Assembly (NCBI RefSeq): GCF_001194135.2
Contig: NC_068984.1
Location: 60,502,465 to 60,549,752 of the forward strand
DNA length: 47,288 nucleotides
Reading direction: 5' to 3'
Origin: Octopus bimaculoides
Lineage: Eukaryota
Of the stretch, positions 36,601 to 47,288 are shown in pieces; the stretch's first letter is position 1, and each line of letters begins with the position of its first letter. Under the pieces are notes generated by a model. That model was not told the DNA's origin and searched no databases. It was given only the letters and a program-made list of their open reading frames with translations. The translations under genes were made by a program, and so were the position numbers.

Positions 36601-37184
36601 CCCATACATGAATGCTTATAGGACACACACTGTTTTGTTCATGACGGAAATTGTCAAAGCATTGAGATAATGAGAAAGTTTTTTTTTTATCTCCAGAAAA
36701 CACCGTGGAGTGAGAGAGGTTGTGAGCAAGAGAGGGAGACAAAATGTGGATGAAAGAGTAAGTAGGTAGTGCAGTAAAAGCTTGATGGGTAATGGTTGTG
36801 CAGCATTTCTGAAGTGCGAAGAATAAAAGAAAAAAATATGTTAGAAAGATGAGTTTCACAACTCATCTTTTATAGTAACTGCTAGTATACATTGCCATGA
36901 AGGTAATGACTATGTGAAGTGAATAGAAAAAATATGCAAAGAATTAGGCTGTTACTGGTGGAAGAGAGATAAACACGTTCCATGGTTGTGAACTGCTAAG
37001 TGCAGAGGTGAAGACGGTGCACTTGCACCCTCCTAAAATTTTGTGTGGCAATGAAAATGCTTTGAACATCCTGGGTTGGACCTAATTTTGTTCCTGTACT
37101 TATGATTAAGCATTGAATAAGTTGGGATATTTGAAATGAAAAAGTCATTTTAAGTTATTTAGTTATGTATAAATGTATAGTGAA

Positions 37185-37650
37185 GGTGTTGTAACCTAGT
37201 GGCTTGAGTGTTTGGATTTTGATCATAAGATTGTGGGTTCAATTCCTGGCCTCAGCAGTGTATTGTGTCCTTGAGCAAAGCACTTCAATCTTCTCACTGG
37301 TAAATGAATACTGGTTTGGTGCTGGTGCAGCTCCCTACCCATCTCCTTTGTTTCTACTTTCTGGATGTACCACTGGATCAAGTGTGAAGGTGCTTGTGAC
37401 TGAAACAATTGATGAATGTGTGATTCATGTTACCAAGCCTTATTTGTTTACAAGTGATGGCTGGCTATACATAAAGACATAACAAAAAATTTCAAGCGGA
37501 AACCAATTGGCGACAGGAGGAGCATCCAGCTTCAGAAACCAAGTCAAATTAGACTGGAATCTGATGCAGCTCTCTGACTTGCCTACTCTGGTCAAACCAT
37601 TTAACCCATGCCAGCATGGAAAATAGATATTAGAGGATGATGATGATGAT
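37185..37650 (+). mobile_element. tRNA-derived SINE with family B (GAT)n-ending tail
   Basis: ctagtggcttgagtg...gggttcaattcctgg...ttgtgtccttgagcaaagcactt...aacccatgccagcatggaaa...gatgatgat. Confidence 0.75.
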
Positions 37651-38952
37651 ATAAGTGATAAAAGAGTAAAGATGTTTTAGGGACCATGAATTATAGGCAT
37701 CAAAAGATTAAAAGATGTAAGAAACTTTTAGTGTTTGTAAACAAATTACAATGTTTATGTCTATCTTAATCATATGATTTTATATGTGTAGCCATGGATA
37801 ACTGAATCAATCACAGTATACTGTTACTTGCTTAAGCCCTGTGCTTCCTATGGAGCATAAGCCATTAATAACTTTTCTCCACTAGTTTTCACTCAGGGCT
37901 GTCTTCTCTCCTAGGTCAGGGTTGTGAATCAGCATTGATGCTTCTGTAATGCATTGATGCATTTTTCTAGGTAGGGGAGTTAACCCAATGCAAACCCATT
38001 TTTACCTCTAGGAAGAGTTGGTCCTTAATTAGTTTAGCCTTTAATTTTTTGACCTACCCAGTACTGGAGGCCCTGCCAAAAGCTTGCACTTTGCTGACAT
38101 AGCTGTCGGGGTCAGTGAGGCACACAAGCCAACACACCACAACAAGGACTGGACCTTGTGGTGAACAATATACCATTGATGGATGTTTAATTCATTGAGT
38201 CTTAAGTTACAGAAAGAGCAAAGACAATACCTGCTGAATTTGAACTCAGAAACTTGAGGAATAGAATAATATTCTGTAAGTAAGGTAATTTGATCCAGCA
38301 TTTCAATTAATATTGTAGTGAAGAAATAGTGTTGTGCTGTTGTAGGCTATATTGTAGAATTGAAGATTTACTTTTGTAGACAGTATTGTTACAATTTCAA
38401 GGTAGTCTGTTACTGAGTTTACTGTTACAATGGTATCCTTTTATGTTTGATAACCAAAGCATAGAAAAATGGATGTAAAAATGGACACACAGGATATTGT
38501 GTTATAGGTTTTATTGTAGCATCATAAATTTTATTGTGGTGATTACAGGATACTGTATTATAGGAAATATATATTAGTGAAAGAAACAGTATCAATAATG
38601 AGAGGTAATATTCATCCCCACTTAAACCTGGATGTTCTGTTAGAACAAAAAATACTGTGGCAGATACCATGAGAGAAACTCTCATATTGGCTTTTGGGGC
38701 AAAATACATGCTTGTTTGTTCACTTGTTTGTTTCGAAATGCTGCAGTAAGGTTTGCTCTAACAGAACTTCCACATTCAAGCAGGGATAAATATTATCTCA
38801 CTGTATTATAAGTTTTGCCATAACATCATAGGATTTATTGTTACATTTATTAGTTTTCACTATAACATTGTAAGATTTATTGTGGTAGTTATGAGGCTCT
38901 ATGTTGTAGAATGTACTGTAACATCAGTGAGGAACAGGTAGCGTTAGTGACA

Positions 38953-39275
38953 TAGGTGAGGACACATTGCCTAGTGGTTAGAGTGTTGCATTCATGATTG
39001 CAAGATTATGGTTTCAATTCTTGAAATGGGTGATGGTGCTGTATTGTATTGTATTGTCTTGTTGAGCAAAGCACTTCATCTCACATTGCTCTCTGGTCAC
39101 TTCGACATCTGACATATGACACCCTGTACACCTGTATAGGCAATGTTGATTTGATGAAGTGAGCTAATGAACAGTGGAAACATTTGGTCACTATAAACAA
39201 ATCTTCTGTGCAGATTGTTCACCAAGAAATTGTGGAACCCTCATCTGTCGTCTACGATAGGAGATGACAGATGAC
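38953..39275 (+). mobile_element. tRNA-derived SINE (family C-like head)
   Basis: ttgcctagtggttagagtg...ggtttcaattc...ttgagcaaagcacttcatctcacattgctc. Confidence 0.7.
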
Positions 39276-40774
39276 ATTAACTAGGCACACTATTATTAAC
39301 ATTAGTAATACCACTAAGATACATTATATTATACTATGGTATCAATGAGTACTTCTCTACTATGCTTTATCTCATTACTGAAAGTACTATTGATTATTGG
39401 CTACACCAGCAGCAACAACAACAATAACTTAAATTGCACTAAAGTTAATGAGGAGGCTTCTGTTGTGTGGTTGATGAACCTGGTAGAAATAGCAGCCCAA
39501 TTTTTCTAAAATCACATCTCTACCATCTTGAAAATAAAAAAATGGTATGACACATTTGACTGGATGATCGTGCCTTGAATGCCTTTGTGTGTAGGTTTGA
39601 TTAATCGAAGTTGAACAGTGTTTAATAACAACAATAACAGCAATTCTAGCTGCAGTGCTATTGACTGTTTCATGTACTCTTGTTTCTGTTGTTGTTGTTG
39701 TTGCAATAGTTGAAGTTATAACAGTCTTTAGGTGCTCTTTGCTAAATACCATCAATCTATCACTTTCATTCTGTTGATAGTACTAGAAATAATGTTGTTA
39801 TTTTCATATACCCAACCCCACCCCACCGTCTCCATACTTTATATTTATTTCTACTTCAATCTAGATATAAGCCATTTCCTATAATTGCAGACACATTTGG
39901 ACAGACATTTTGCGGTATTTATTTATTTATTTATTGGTTTCTTTTCTATTTTTTATTTATTGTTTTTCCTTTTTGTTGTTGCTGTTTTCTTTCCGATATT
40001 GTTGTCTTGGTTCACCTTTCAGTTTGTCTTTATGTGTTTGCAGAGCGAAACAAACTCATTGTTTTTGATAGTTCATAGTTTAAGTCTAATTTTAAGTGGA
40101 AATCTTTAATCACAAGAAAACCTATTGATTTGTTGAATCATTTCAGTTTAGATGGTGTGAATAACTTAATCACTTTCAGTATGAAAACGAGATGAATGAA
40201 CTTTTCGGTGCAACTAACAAACATACCTAAATTAAGATTTTGTAAATGTTTAACTAACAAAAAAAAAAAACAAAAACAAAAAAAACATACAAAAAAAAAC
40301 AAAGCAAAAAACAAAAAGAAAAATAATTAAAATATTTGAACTAAGTGTAAAAAGAAAATTTTGAAAAATGAATTATGGAAGTGACAAACCGAATTTGATA
40401 TTGTCAACTACAACAACAAAACAACAACAACAACAACAAAAATTCTAACTGTAGTAATGCAATATTTTGTTTGACTTAGAAAATATGGTCCCTACATTTG
40501 ATTTAGAAAATATGAGCCCTATATTTTAACGAGAAACAAAATAAGTAGCTATGATGATTATAACTCCCTAGAATATATTAATAACTTTATATGAAATATC
40601 AAATGCATGCGTAATCATGCAAAAAATTATATACATGTGCAAGTATATATGATTGTGTATTTAAGTTGCTGTTTGTGTAGCATCTCGTCTTCATATACAC
40701 CTCCACACACACACATGCATATTGGAATATATACATGTGTGTGTGTGTGAGTATGTGTGCATGTGCATATATAT

Positions 40775-41160
40775 ATCATCATAATTGTTCAACATCTGCT
40801 TTCCATGCTGGCATGGGTTGGACAGTTTGACATGGAGCTGGCTAGCAGGGAGCTGTCCAGATTTCAACTGTCTGTTGTGGCATGGTTTCTATGGTTGGAT
40901 GCCCTTGCTAATGCCAACCACAACAGTGTGCTGGGTGCTTTGTATGTGCCACCGGCATGGATGTGTTTACACAACACCACCATGGATGTGTTAATGCAGC
41001 ACCAGCACAGGTGCTTTTTAAATGGTATCAGCACCTGAAAGGACAAGCCTGTATGTGTGGAAGACAGCGATTTCACTTAGCATGACATGTCTTATCAAGT
41101 ACAGCAGATCATCACATCTCCCAGTCCCTTGTCATTTCTTCAGTGAAGCCCAGCATCTGA
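40775..41160 (-). mobile_element. Retroposon family B with short about 23-bp tandem units
   Basis: tttccatgctggcatgggttggacag...ggatgcccttgctaatgccaacc. Confidence 0.8.
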
Positions 41161-41163
41161 TGC

Positions 41164-41206
<43 letters not shown>

Positions 41207-41560
41207 TACATACATATACATACATACATATACATATATATATATATATATATATCATAGATTCAGATGAATATGGTACTTAAGTNNNNNNNNNNTATAT
41301 ATATATATATATATATATATCATAGATTCAGATGAATATGGTACTTAAGTTGAGGCACCAAAATTTAGTATGGTATTATCCATACAATTTCAAAGTAAGG
41401 TGATTAAAATCAAAATAGCTGAGGATTGATCTGCATTTTAAATTGATGTAATGATTGCATTATTCAATTTAATGGAATTGCATGAAACGATTGTACTGCA
41501 TTACCTCTGGATATACTTGTTGCTTATTTTGATTATATACATATACATATATATATATCA

Positions 41561-41730
41561 TAGGTCCAGGAGTGACTATGTGGTAAGTAGCTTGCTTACC
41601 AACCACATGGTTCCAGATTCAGTCCCACTGCGTGGTACCTTGGGCAAGTGTCTTCTACTATAGCTAACAGCCGACCAAAGACTTGTGAGTGGATTTAGTA
41701 AGCGGAAACTGAAAGAAGCCAGTTGTATAT
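41561..41730 (+). mobile_element. SINE family A 5' half
   Basis: gtggtaagtagcttgcttaccaaccacatggttccagattcagtcccactgcgtgg. Confidence 0.88.
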
Positions 41731-42546
41731 ACATATATATACGCAAGACAAAAATGGAGGAAAAATAACAGGAAGAAGTTGGTTGTTTGCGCTAGTAAGC
41801 CATTAATTTAATTAATTAATAAAGAAAAGTGGTAGTAATAGTACATTTACGATTGCTTCTGTTTACCAGTTGTGGTGGTAGACATCATCAAAATGCAGTC
41901 ATATGTAAAGGTAAGAAGAGCGAAAGACATAGGGATACATTGGTAACTAGGAGCGCCTTCGGATTTAACCATCCTTTAGAGGTTTTAAACACCTCTAACT
42001 TATACCTACATATACATATATATATAATCTCATCTGTTGATATATGTGGGTTTACATTTTCCAGTGTACCCTTAATTTAAAATGGTTGGGTATGATTTGA
42101 TGGAAACTTGACTACTATTTATAGCGACTCACTTGCTCACAAAAAGGCATTCACTTGTTGCTTTGAAGGAAATCTTGGTCATTTTTTTGTCATTTTAGTC
42201 TCAGATCAGTTGTAACCAAAGAACAATACCAGTGAAAGGTACTCTAATTGGGACAATCGCCTCTTTTGTATGTATGGAAGCATAATTTTCAATATAGCTT
42301 ATATTTGATCCCTAATTGGTGGACATCATTGACGGATCTTTCATTAGAGAACATCATCAGTTGATGTTTGGGAACTTTTTACAAGGACACAGCCATCATC
42401 AATTGGTGTCTGAGCATCTAGTTTGTCTAATGCACCGAAGCATAAGCAGCCTTTATGGATGCAAGAAACCAAGTTGCAATAGATGATTTGTACAGTGACA
42501 GAGAAATGTTTTTTCTGATTTTCCTCCTTCATCATGAGATGAAATA

Positions 42547-42612
<66 letters not shown>

Positions 42613-42703
42613 AAGGAAGAAGAGGATGACAATGTTGATGATAACAATGTTGATGATAACAATGATGATGATGATGATGATGATGATCATCATCATCATC
42701 ATC
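42547..42703. repeat. (GAT)n tract ending in a (GAT)n/(CAT)n 34-bp palindrome (42670-42703)
   Basis: Direct inspection; palindrome centred on GATC at 42685-42688. Confidence 0.9.
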
Positions 42704-42962
42704 TAGATAGGGTTAGATCAGAAGAAAGTGATGTTCTAAGTAGCTTAGGATGGAAAAAGTGCGCCATTTTTTCTCCTTTTGTACATTTGTTTGACAAAAA
42801 CAATGAGGAAATCTCTAATGAATTTATGTTCACACCAGATATGCATAGGAGAATGAATATTTTATGGCACTTTTCTATAATGAGATTGTAAATTTTCATA
42901 GTTTTTCTACTTATCTAAAGTGAAAATTAGTATAAAAGTTACCCTTTAGAAAGATGAATGTA

Positions 42963-42996
<34 letters not shown>

Positions 42997-43220
42997 CATC
43001 ATCATCATCATCATTTAACGTCCGTTTTCCATGCTAGTATGGGTTGGACAATTTGACTGGGGACTGGCGAACCAGATGGCTACACCAGACTCCAATCTGA
43101 TCTGGCAGAGTTTCTACAGCTGGATGCCCTTCCTAATGCCAACCACTCCGAGAGTGTAGTGGGTGCTTTTTATGTGCCATCGGCATGAAGGCCAGTCTGG
43201 CGGTACTGGCAACGGCATGG
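42997..43220 (-). mobile_element. Retroposon family B, well preserved, (CAT)n tail at left
   Basis: catcatcatttaacgtccgttttccatgctagtatgggttgga...tttctacagctggatgcccttcctaatgccaaccactccgagagtgtagt. Confidence 0.88.
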
Positions 43221-43221
43221 G

Positions 43222-43519
43222 AACCTCATTTATGTCCTCACATGCGCAGGTTGCCAACACAACTATATCGGACTGACGAGCCCCACCACCTTTACGTAGA
43301 AGAGTAGCAGTCGTTAAAGAACAAATAAATATTCCACAACACCGCCAAATTCCACTCAGTGGCCACATAGACTCTTGCGCCAGAAATAAAAATCCTAAAT
43401 TCCTTATATTCCCTTTCTATCAATGTGAAGACAGAATCTCTACACAAGAAAGAATCAACAAGGAGAATCTTTTTATAGAGAAATTCCAAACGCTTCTTAA
43501 CATACAAATTCCTCGGTGA
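43222..43519 (+). pseudogene. PLE GIY-YIG endonuclease domain to stop codon, one frameshift
   Basis: NLIYVLTCAGCQHNYIGLTS(+1)LRRRVAVVKEQINIPQHRQIPLSGHIDSCARNKNPKFLIFPFYQCEDRISTQERINKENLFIEKFQTLLN...*: xIY-x9-YIG with CxxC, catalytic R and E, terminal LN. Confidence 0.9.
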
Positions 43520-44063
43520 CCATATTCTCTTCTCTCGCCTACCCAATGAAATACATATAAATTTACTTCTTGTTTCTCTAAGAACAGAGATAAACTTCCT
43601 GTTGACAAAGAGTCCAGAGCTCCAACTAAAGAGTATAAAACCCACAGAATTGTCTCCCCTTATCCACACTGCCTGTTTTGACATCACACTTCCTGTTTAA
43701 CACATAAACAGTCAGCCTTTTTAAACACAACTCTAACCTTATGTACATGCATCCTAATCTTTCTAACAACCATTGAACTTTAAAAGTTCAAAGACAATAT
43801 AATGTATTGGTATATTTATTTTTAAATTTTTTATATATTTTTTTTTTGTAAAAAACATTATTTTCATTTCCCCCCTTCTTGAAAATGTGCCATGCAATGA
43901 AAGCCGGTTAGAAATCCTTTTTAATCCTCCTTATACACTTCCTTATTAAAATATGCTTTCAGTTTAGCATTCTGGCTTATTATTATTATTTTTTAGTTTC
44001 CTATTATTTCTCCACGTGCGGTTAACACAACCCCACCATTTACTTATATATATATATATATCA

Positions 44064-44443
44064 TAGGTGCAGGAGCGACTGTGTGGTAAGTAGCTTGCTT
44101 ACCAACCACATGGTTCTGGGTTCAGTCCCACTGCGTGGCACCTTGGGCAAGTGTCTTCTACTATAGCTAAGGGCTGACCAAAGCCTTGTGTGTGGATTTG
44201 GTAAACGGAAACTGAAGGAAGCCTGTTGTATATACATAGATATGTATATGTTTGTCCCCCCTCCATCGTTTGACAACTGATGTTGGTGTGTTTGTGTCCC
44301 TGTAACTTAGCGGTTCAGCAGAAGAGACCGATAGAATAAGTACTAGGCTTACGAAGAATAAGTTCTGGGATCGATTTGTTCGCCTACAGGTGGTGCTCTA
44401 GCATGGCCGCAGTCAAATGACTGAAACAAATAAAGGAGTGAAA

Positions 44444-44446
<3 letters not shown>
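44064..44446 (+). mobile_element. Full-length tRNA-derived SINE family A (cephalopod OK/OR-like)
   Basis: A-box-like cgactgtgtgg, B-box-like ggttcagtccc, central TA/TG microsatellite, A-rich tail, embedded in (TA)n. Confidence 0.92.
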
Positions 44447-44479
<33 letters not shown>

Positions 44480-45589
44480 CCTGTTTGGTGCACATATTCA
44501 GGCAACCTTTTCTTGCTGTTTAATTTTTAAAGATGGATCAACTTAGCCTGGGTAAATTTTGGTCAAAACATATCTATGTCAAACTTAATAGCCCCACCTG
44601 ATAGAATCTTTTAAGTCCATGTTTTCAAATTAAGTTTTGTAGTATTTCCTTTATATAGGTAGTCTTTTTTTTAACTGAAACGCATTCAGGTATAGGTGGC
44701 TTTTCTGGTATCCCTTGAAGAAATTTGTCCATTTATTGTTTGAAGGTGATGGGATCTCTTTCTTCCTTGATTTGTTTTGAAATTTTAAATAGAAGTGTGC
44801 CTTTTGAAGGAGAGCCATTGTGTTGTACTGTGGTTATCTGTTGTGATTTTAAATTATGTAGGGGTTAGATATCATGGAGTCCCATGCTTGGCTGAATTGT
44901 GAACTTAATGTGAGAATTTTGGTTGCTATATTTAACAAATTGACGGACAACTAAATTACTTTGTGTGCTTACCAGACTTTGACATCTCTGTAAAAAGTGA
45001 TAGGTGTTAAGAAGACTGTTTCCTAAAACTACAACATGTCTGTTCTATTATTTATACAAATATATAGATTCCAAGCAAATTTAAAATGTAAAACAAAAGG
45101 TGTAACATTGTATACAAAAACACAACAAACATATTTTGAATTACATTTTAGTTTACAATGAAGTTTTTTTGTTTTTTCCTCTACCCATTATTTAAAGTAT
45201 TTCACTTGGTATACATTAGCAAAATTTTCTCATTTTAATGGCAGTAAATGCATATTACTACAAGTTATATGACTATTCATATATAGTGAAACTAGCTCAG
45301 CTATGGAAGATCTAAACGCTTCTGTTTCAATCCTAGAAACGATGATGAAGTTCTTTGGAGTTCGTGAAATTATTTCTAATTGAAATGACTATAACTTGAC
45401 TTACTTAGTAGGAGAGGGGTGTTTCACACCCAGTGGTCTTCCAGCATGTCATACACTAACCCAGAATTCCTAAGGGCTTATGCTATTGCTCAATAGTTGT
45501 TGAACCTACGCTGGATTCATCTGTCTTTTTGACAGCTCTTGTTTTTAGTCTTGCTGAGTTTCTAGCAACCCTCCTCATCAGGCAAACCT

Positions 45590-45740
45590 TAGCATTTTGG
45601 CAATTTTGGCAAAAGAGACTGCTAGAATAAGTACCAGGCCTAACAAAAGACTAGTGGATTGATTCATTCAACTAGAAATTCTTCAAGGTGGTGCCTTAAC
45701 ATGATCATGGTCTAATGACTGAAACAAGTAAAAGATAAAA
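45590..45740 (+). mobile_element. SINE family A 3' fragment
   Basis: ggcaaaagagactgctagaataagtaccagg...gactgaaacaagtaaaagataaaa. Confidence 0.75.
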
Positions 45741-46639
45741 TATATAGAAAGTTGTATTTCAGATACTCACCCTTTTATTTGTTAATTCAATGAGCAGGAA
45801 ACAATAATTTATTAAACAACTGAATAATCATCATTAAAACTGTTTTTAGAGAGAGATATAGTTGCTGTTTAACTGCAAGGACTGCTATTTCTAGCAGCTC
45901 AAGCCATCACATAAATCATCCCTCTTCGAATTGTGTACTTGATTTTCAGGTTAGGTTAAGTTGAGATCTTTGCAAAACTGCTCTGTATAAAAGTTGAATG
46001 TTGTCGTAATATGTTAATCTATGATGCTAGTATTACACTGACTAGATGCTGTACTGCTGTCACCATGGATATATACTTACTATAAGCCACACACGACAAA
46101 GGAAGCTATAACCTATCTCTGCTGCCATTAGTAAATTCTATTGAAGATAAGTCCTGCTGAGGTTGATAGGATTATATTCCACCCTATTCTCCTTTATTGC
46201 AATGTAACCGATTAAAATTTTCCATTGGACGACTAAGACTTATATTGCTTTATTCATTGCTTGCTTCACTGCTATTATCTTTAGTATGTGCTTCTGCTTT
46301 TCTTCTTAGCTTCCTACGCCATTTATTCATTGTCACATCGGAGGTGAATTGGTAAAAAAGAAAAGAATAGTAAAAGACAATTGTATTATGAGTCTACATT
46401 TCTATGTACCATTTAAGAAACTTGATAAAAACTTTGAATTTAATTGCTTCCTCTTCCTCTTCCACCTATACGTCTCCCTCCTCATTGTCATCGTCATCTT
46501 GTCCCCCTCCTCTCCACCCTCTTCCTCTTCCTCTTCTTCCACTTCGGCTTCCTCTTCCTCCTCCTCTGCTACTGCCACCACCACCATCATCATGATGTCC
46601 ACTTTTCCATGCTTGCATTGGTTGGATGGCGTTTGTCAT

Positions 46640-46862
46640 CCCTTCAGCATTCAGAATACTCTGTGAAATGTAATGCTTATTTACTTGCATTGTTCTGAAT
46701 TAACCATGCATGATCTCATAGCTTTCAGATTTTGATGTTGCAATTATCTATCTGCATAATGTCATTGTAGGGTAGGGGTGTGAAGTCGAATCTGGTCAAT
46801 TTGAACATAAACACAGGCAGAATATTTTTGGACCTGATATGGCCAGTTGAAATACTAAAGGG
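46640..46862 (+). mobile_element. piggyBac-type MITE (TIR about CCCTTTAGCATT)
   Basis: cccttcagcattc...aaatactaaaggg followed by ttga (degenerate TTAA); homologous to 14518-14719. Confidence 0.7.
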
Positions 46863-47236
46863 TTGAGTTTTCTATAGTTGGACACCCTTCCTGTTGCCAA
46901 CCCTCACCTGCTTCTAAATGAGATAATGTTTCTCTATGACCAGACACAGCTTTCATGACAGTGATGCTCATCTGCAACTATTATGCCTGAACTTGTGACT
47001 TGGAGGGTAGTTAACCAAATTTGTTTAACACTGAGTGTGTTATAGATATCTGCTCGGATTTATTAATCCATTTTACTTACTATATAAATTGTGGAAGAGG
47101 TGAGCTCCTGTTAGAGGCTAGTAACACTTCAAGATGCATGGGGCTAAATCAAACTGTTTTAAATAATACATATAACTCCTACCAAATGTGCTGAGTGCCC
47201 TTTTCTTTCTTTCATTGACTCACTAAAATCGCGCGC

Positions 47237-47288
<52 letters not shown>

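Noticed and set aside
44064-44140. tRNA gene-like A/B boxes (many copies)
   Set aside because: No complete cloverleaf evident; each continues into SINE body and tail sequence.
44480-45000. Possible L1/Tx1-like C-terminal relic on the minus strand
   Set aside because: Only a faint W...HRY resemblance with many stops; insufficient support.

Overview
AT-rich, microsatellite-saturated animal genomic scaffold. The SINE families, (TA)n/(CA)n/(GAT)n density and Penelope content look like Octopus (cephalopod) DNA; this is recognition from memory, not a database result. About 3.7 kb is N in 10 gaps (2808-3716, 11982-11991, 15185-15578, 21767-22634, 24787-24940, 28288-28496, 29544-29741, 32718-32882, 33899-34693, 41286-41295), each abutting a simple repeat. 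I found no identifiable host gene, tRNA/rRNA or CRISPR array; most listed ORFs are artefacts of N runs, microsatellites or antisense TE reading. The protein-like signals I could identify are all degenerate transposon relics: a Helitron RepHel N-terminus, Penelope-like element (PLE) RT and GIY-YIG fragments of apparently three lineages, two Tc1-type fragments (one with DD36E spacing) and an internally deleted mariner with both TIRs. There are also more than 25 SINE/retroposon pieces and two piggyBac-type MITEs. The most notable points are minimal hammerhead-ribozyme-like motifs with a variant core in PLE termini, a filled/empty site pair carrying a fold-back PLE insertion, nested insertions in SINE central microsatellites, a twice-seen PLE|Tc1|SINE arrangement, and an 82-84 bp tandem array ending in a double-CCAAT inverted repeat. 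I see no convincing novel multi-gene system. Repeat boundaries are approximate (about +/-20 bp) unless termini are quoted.
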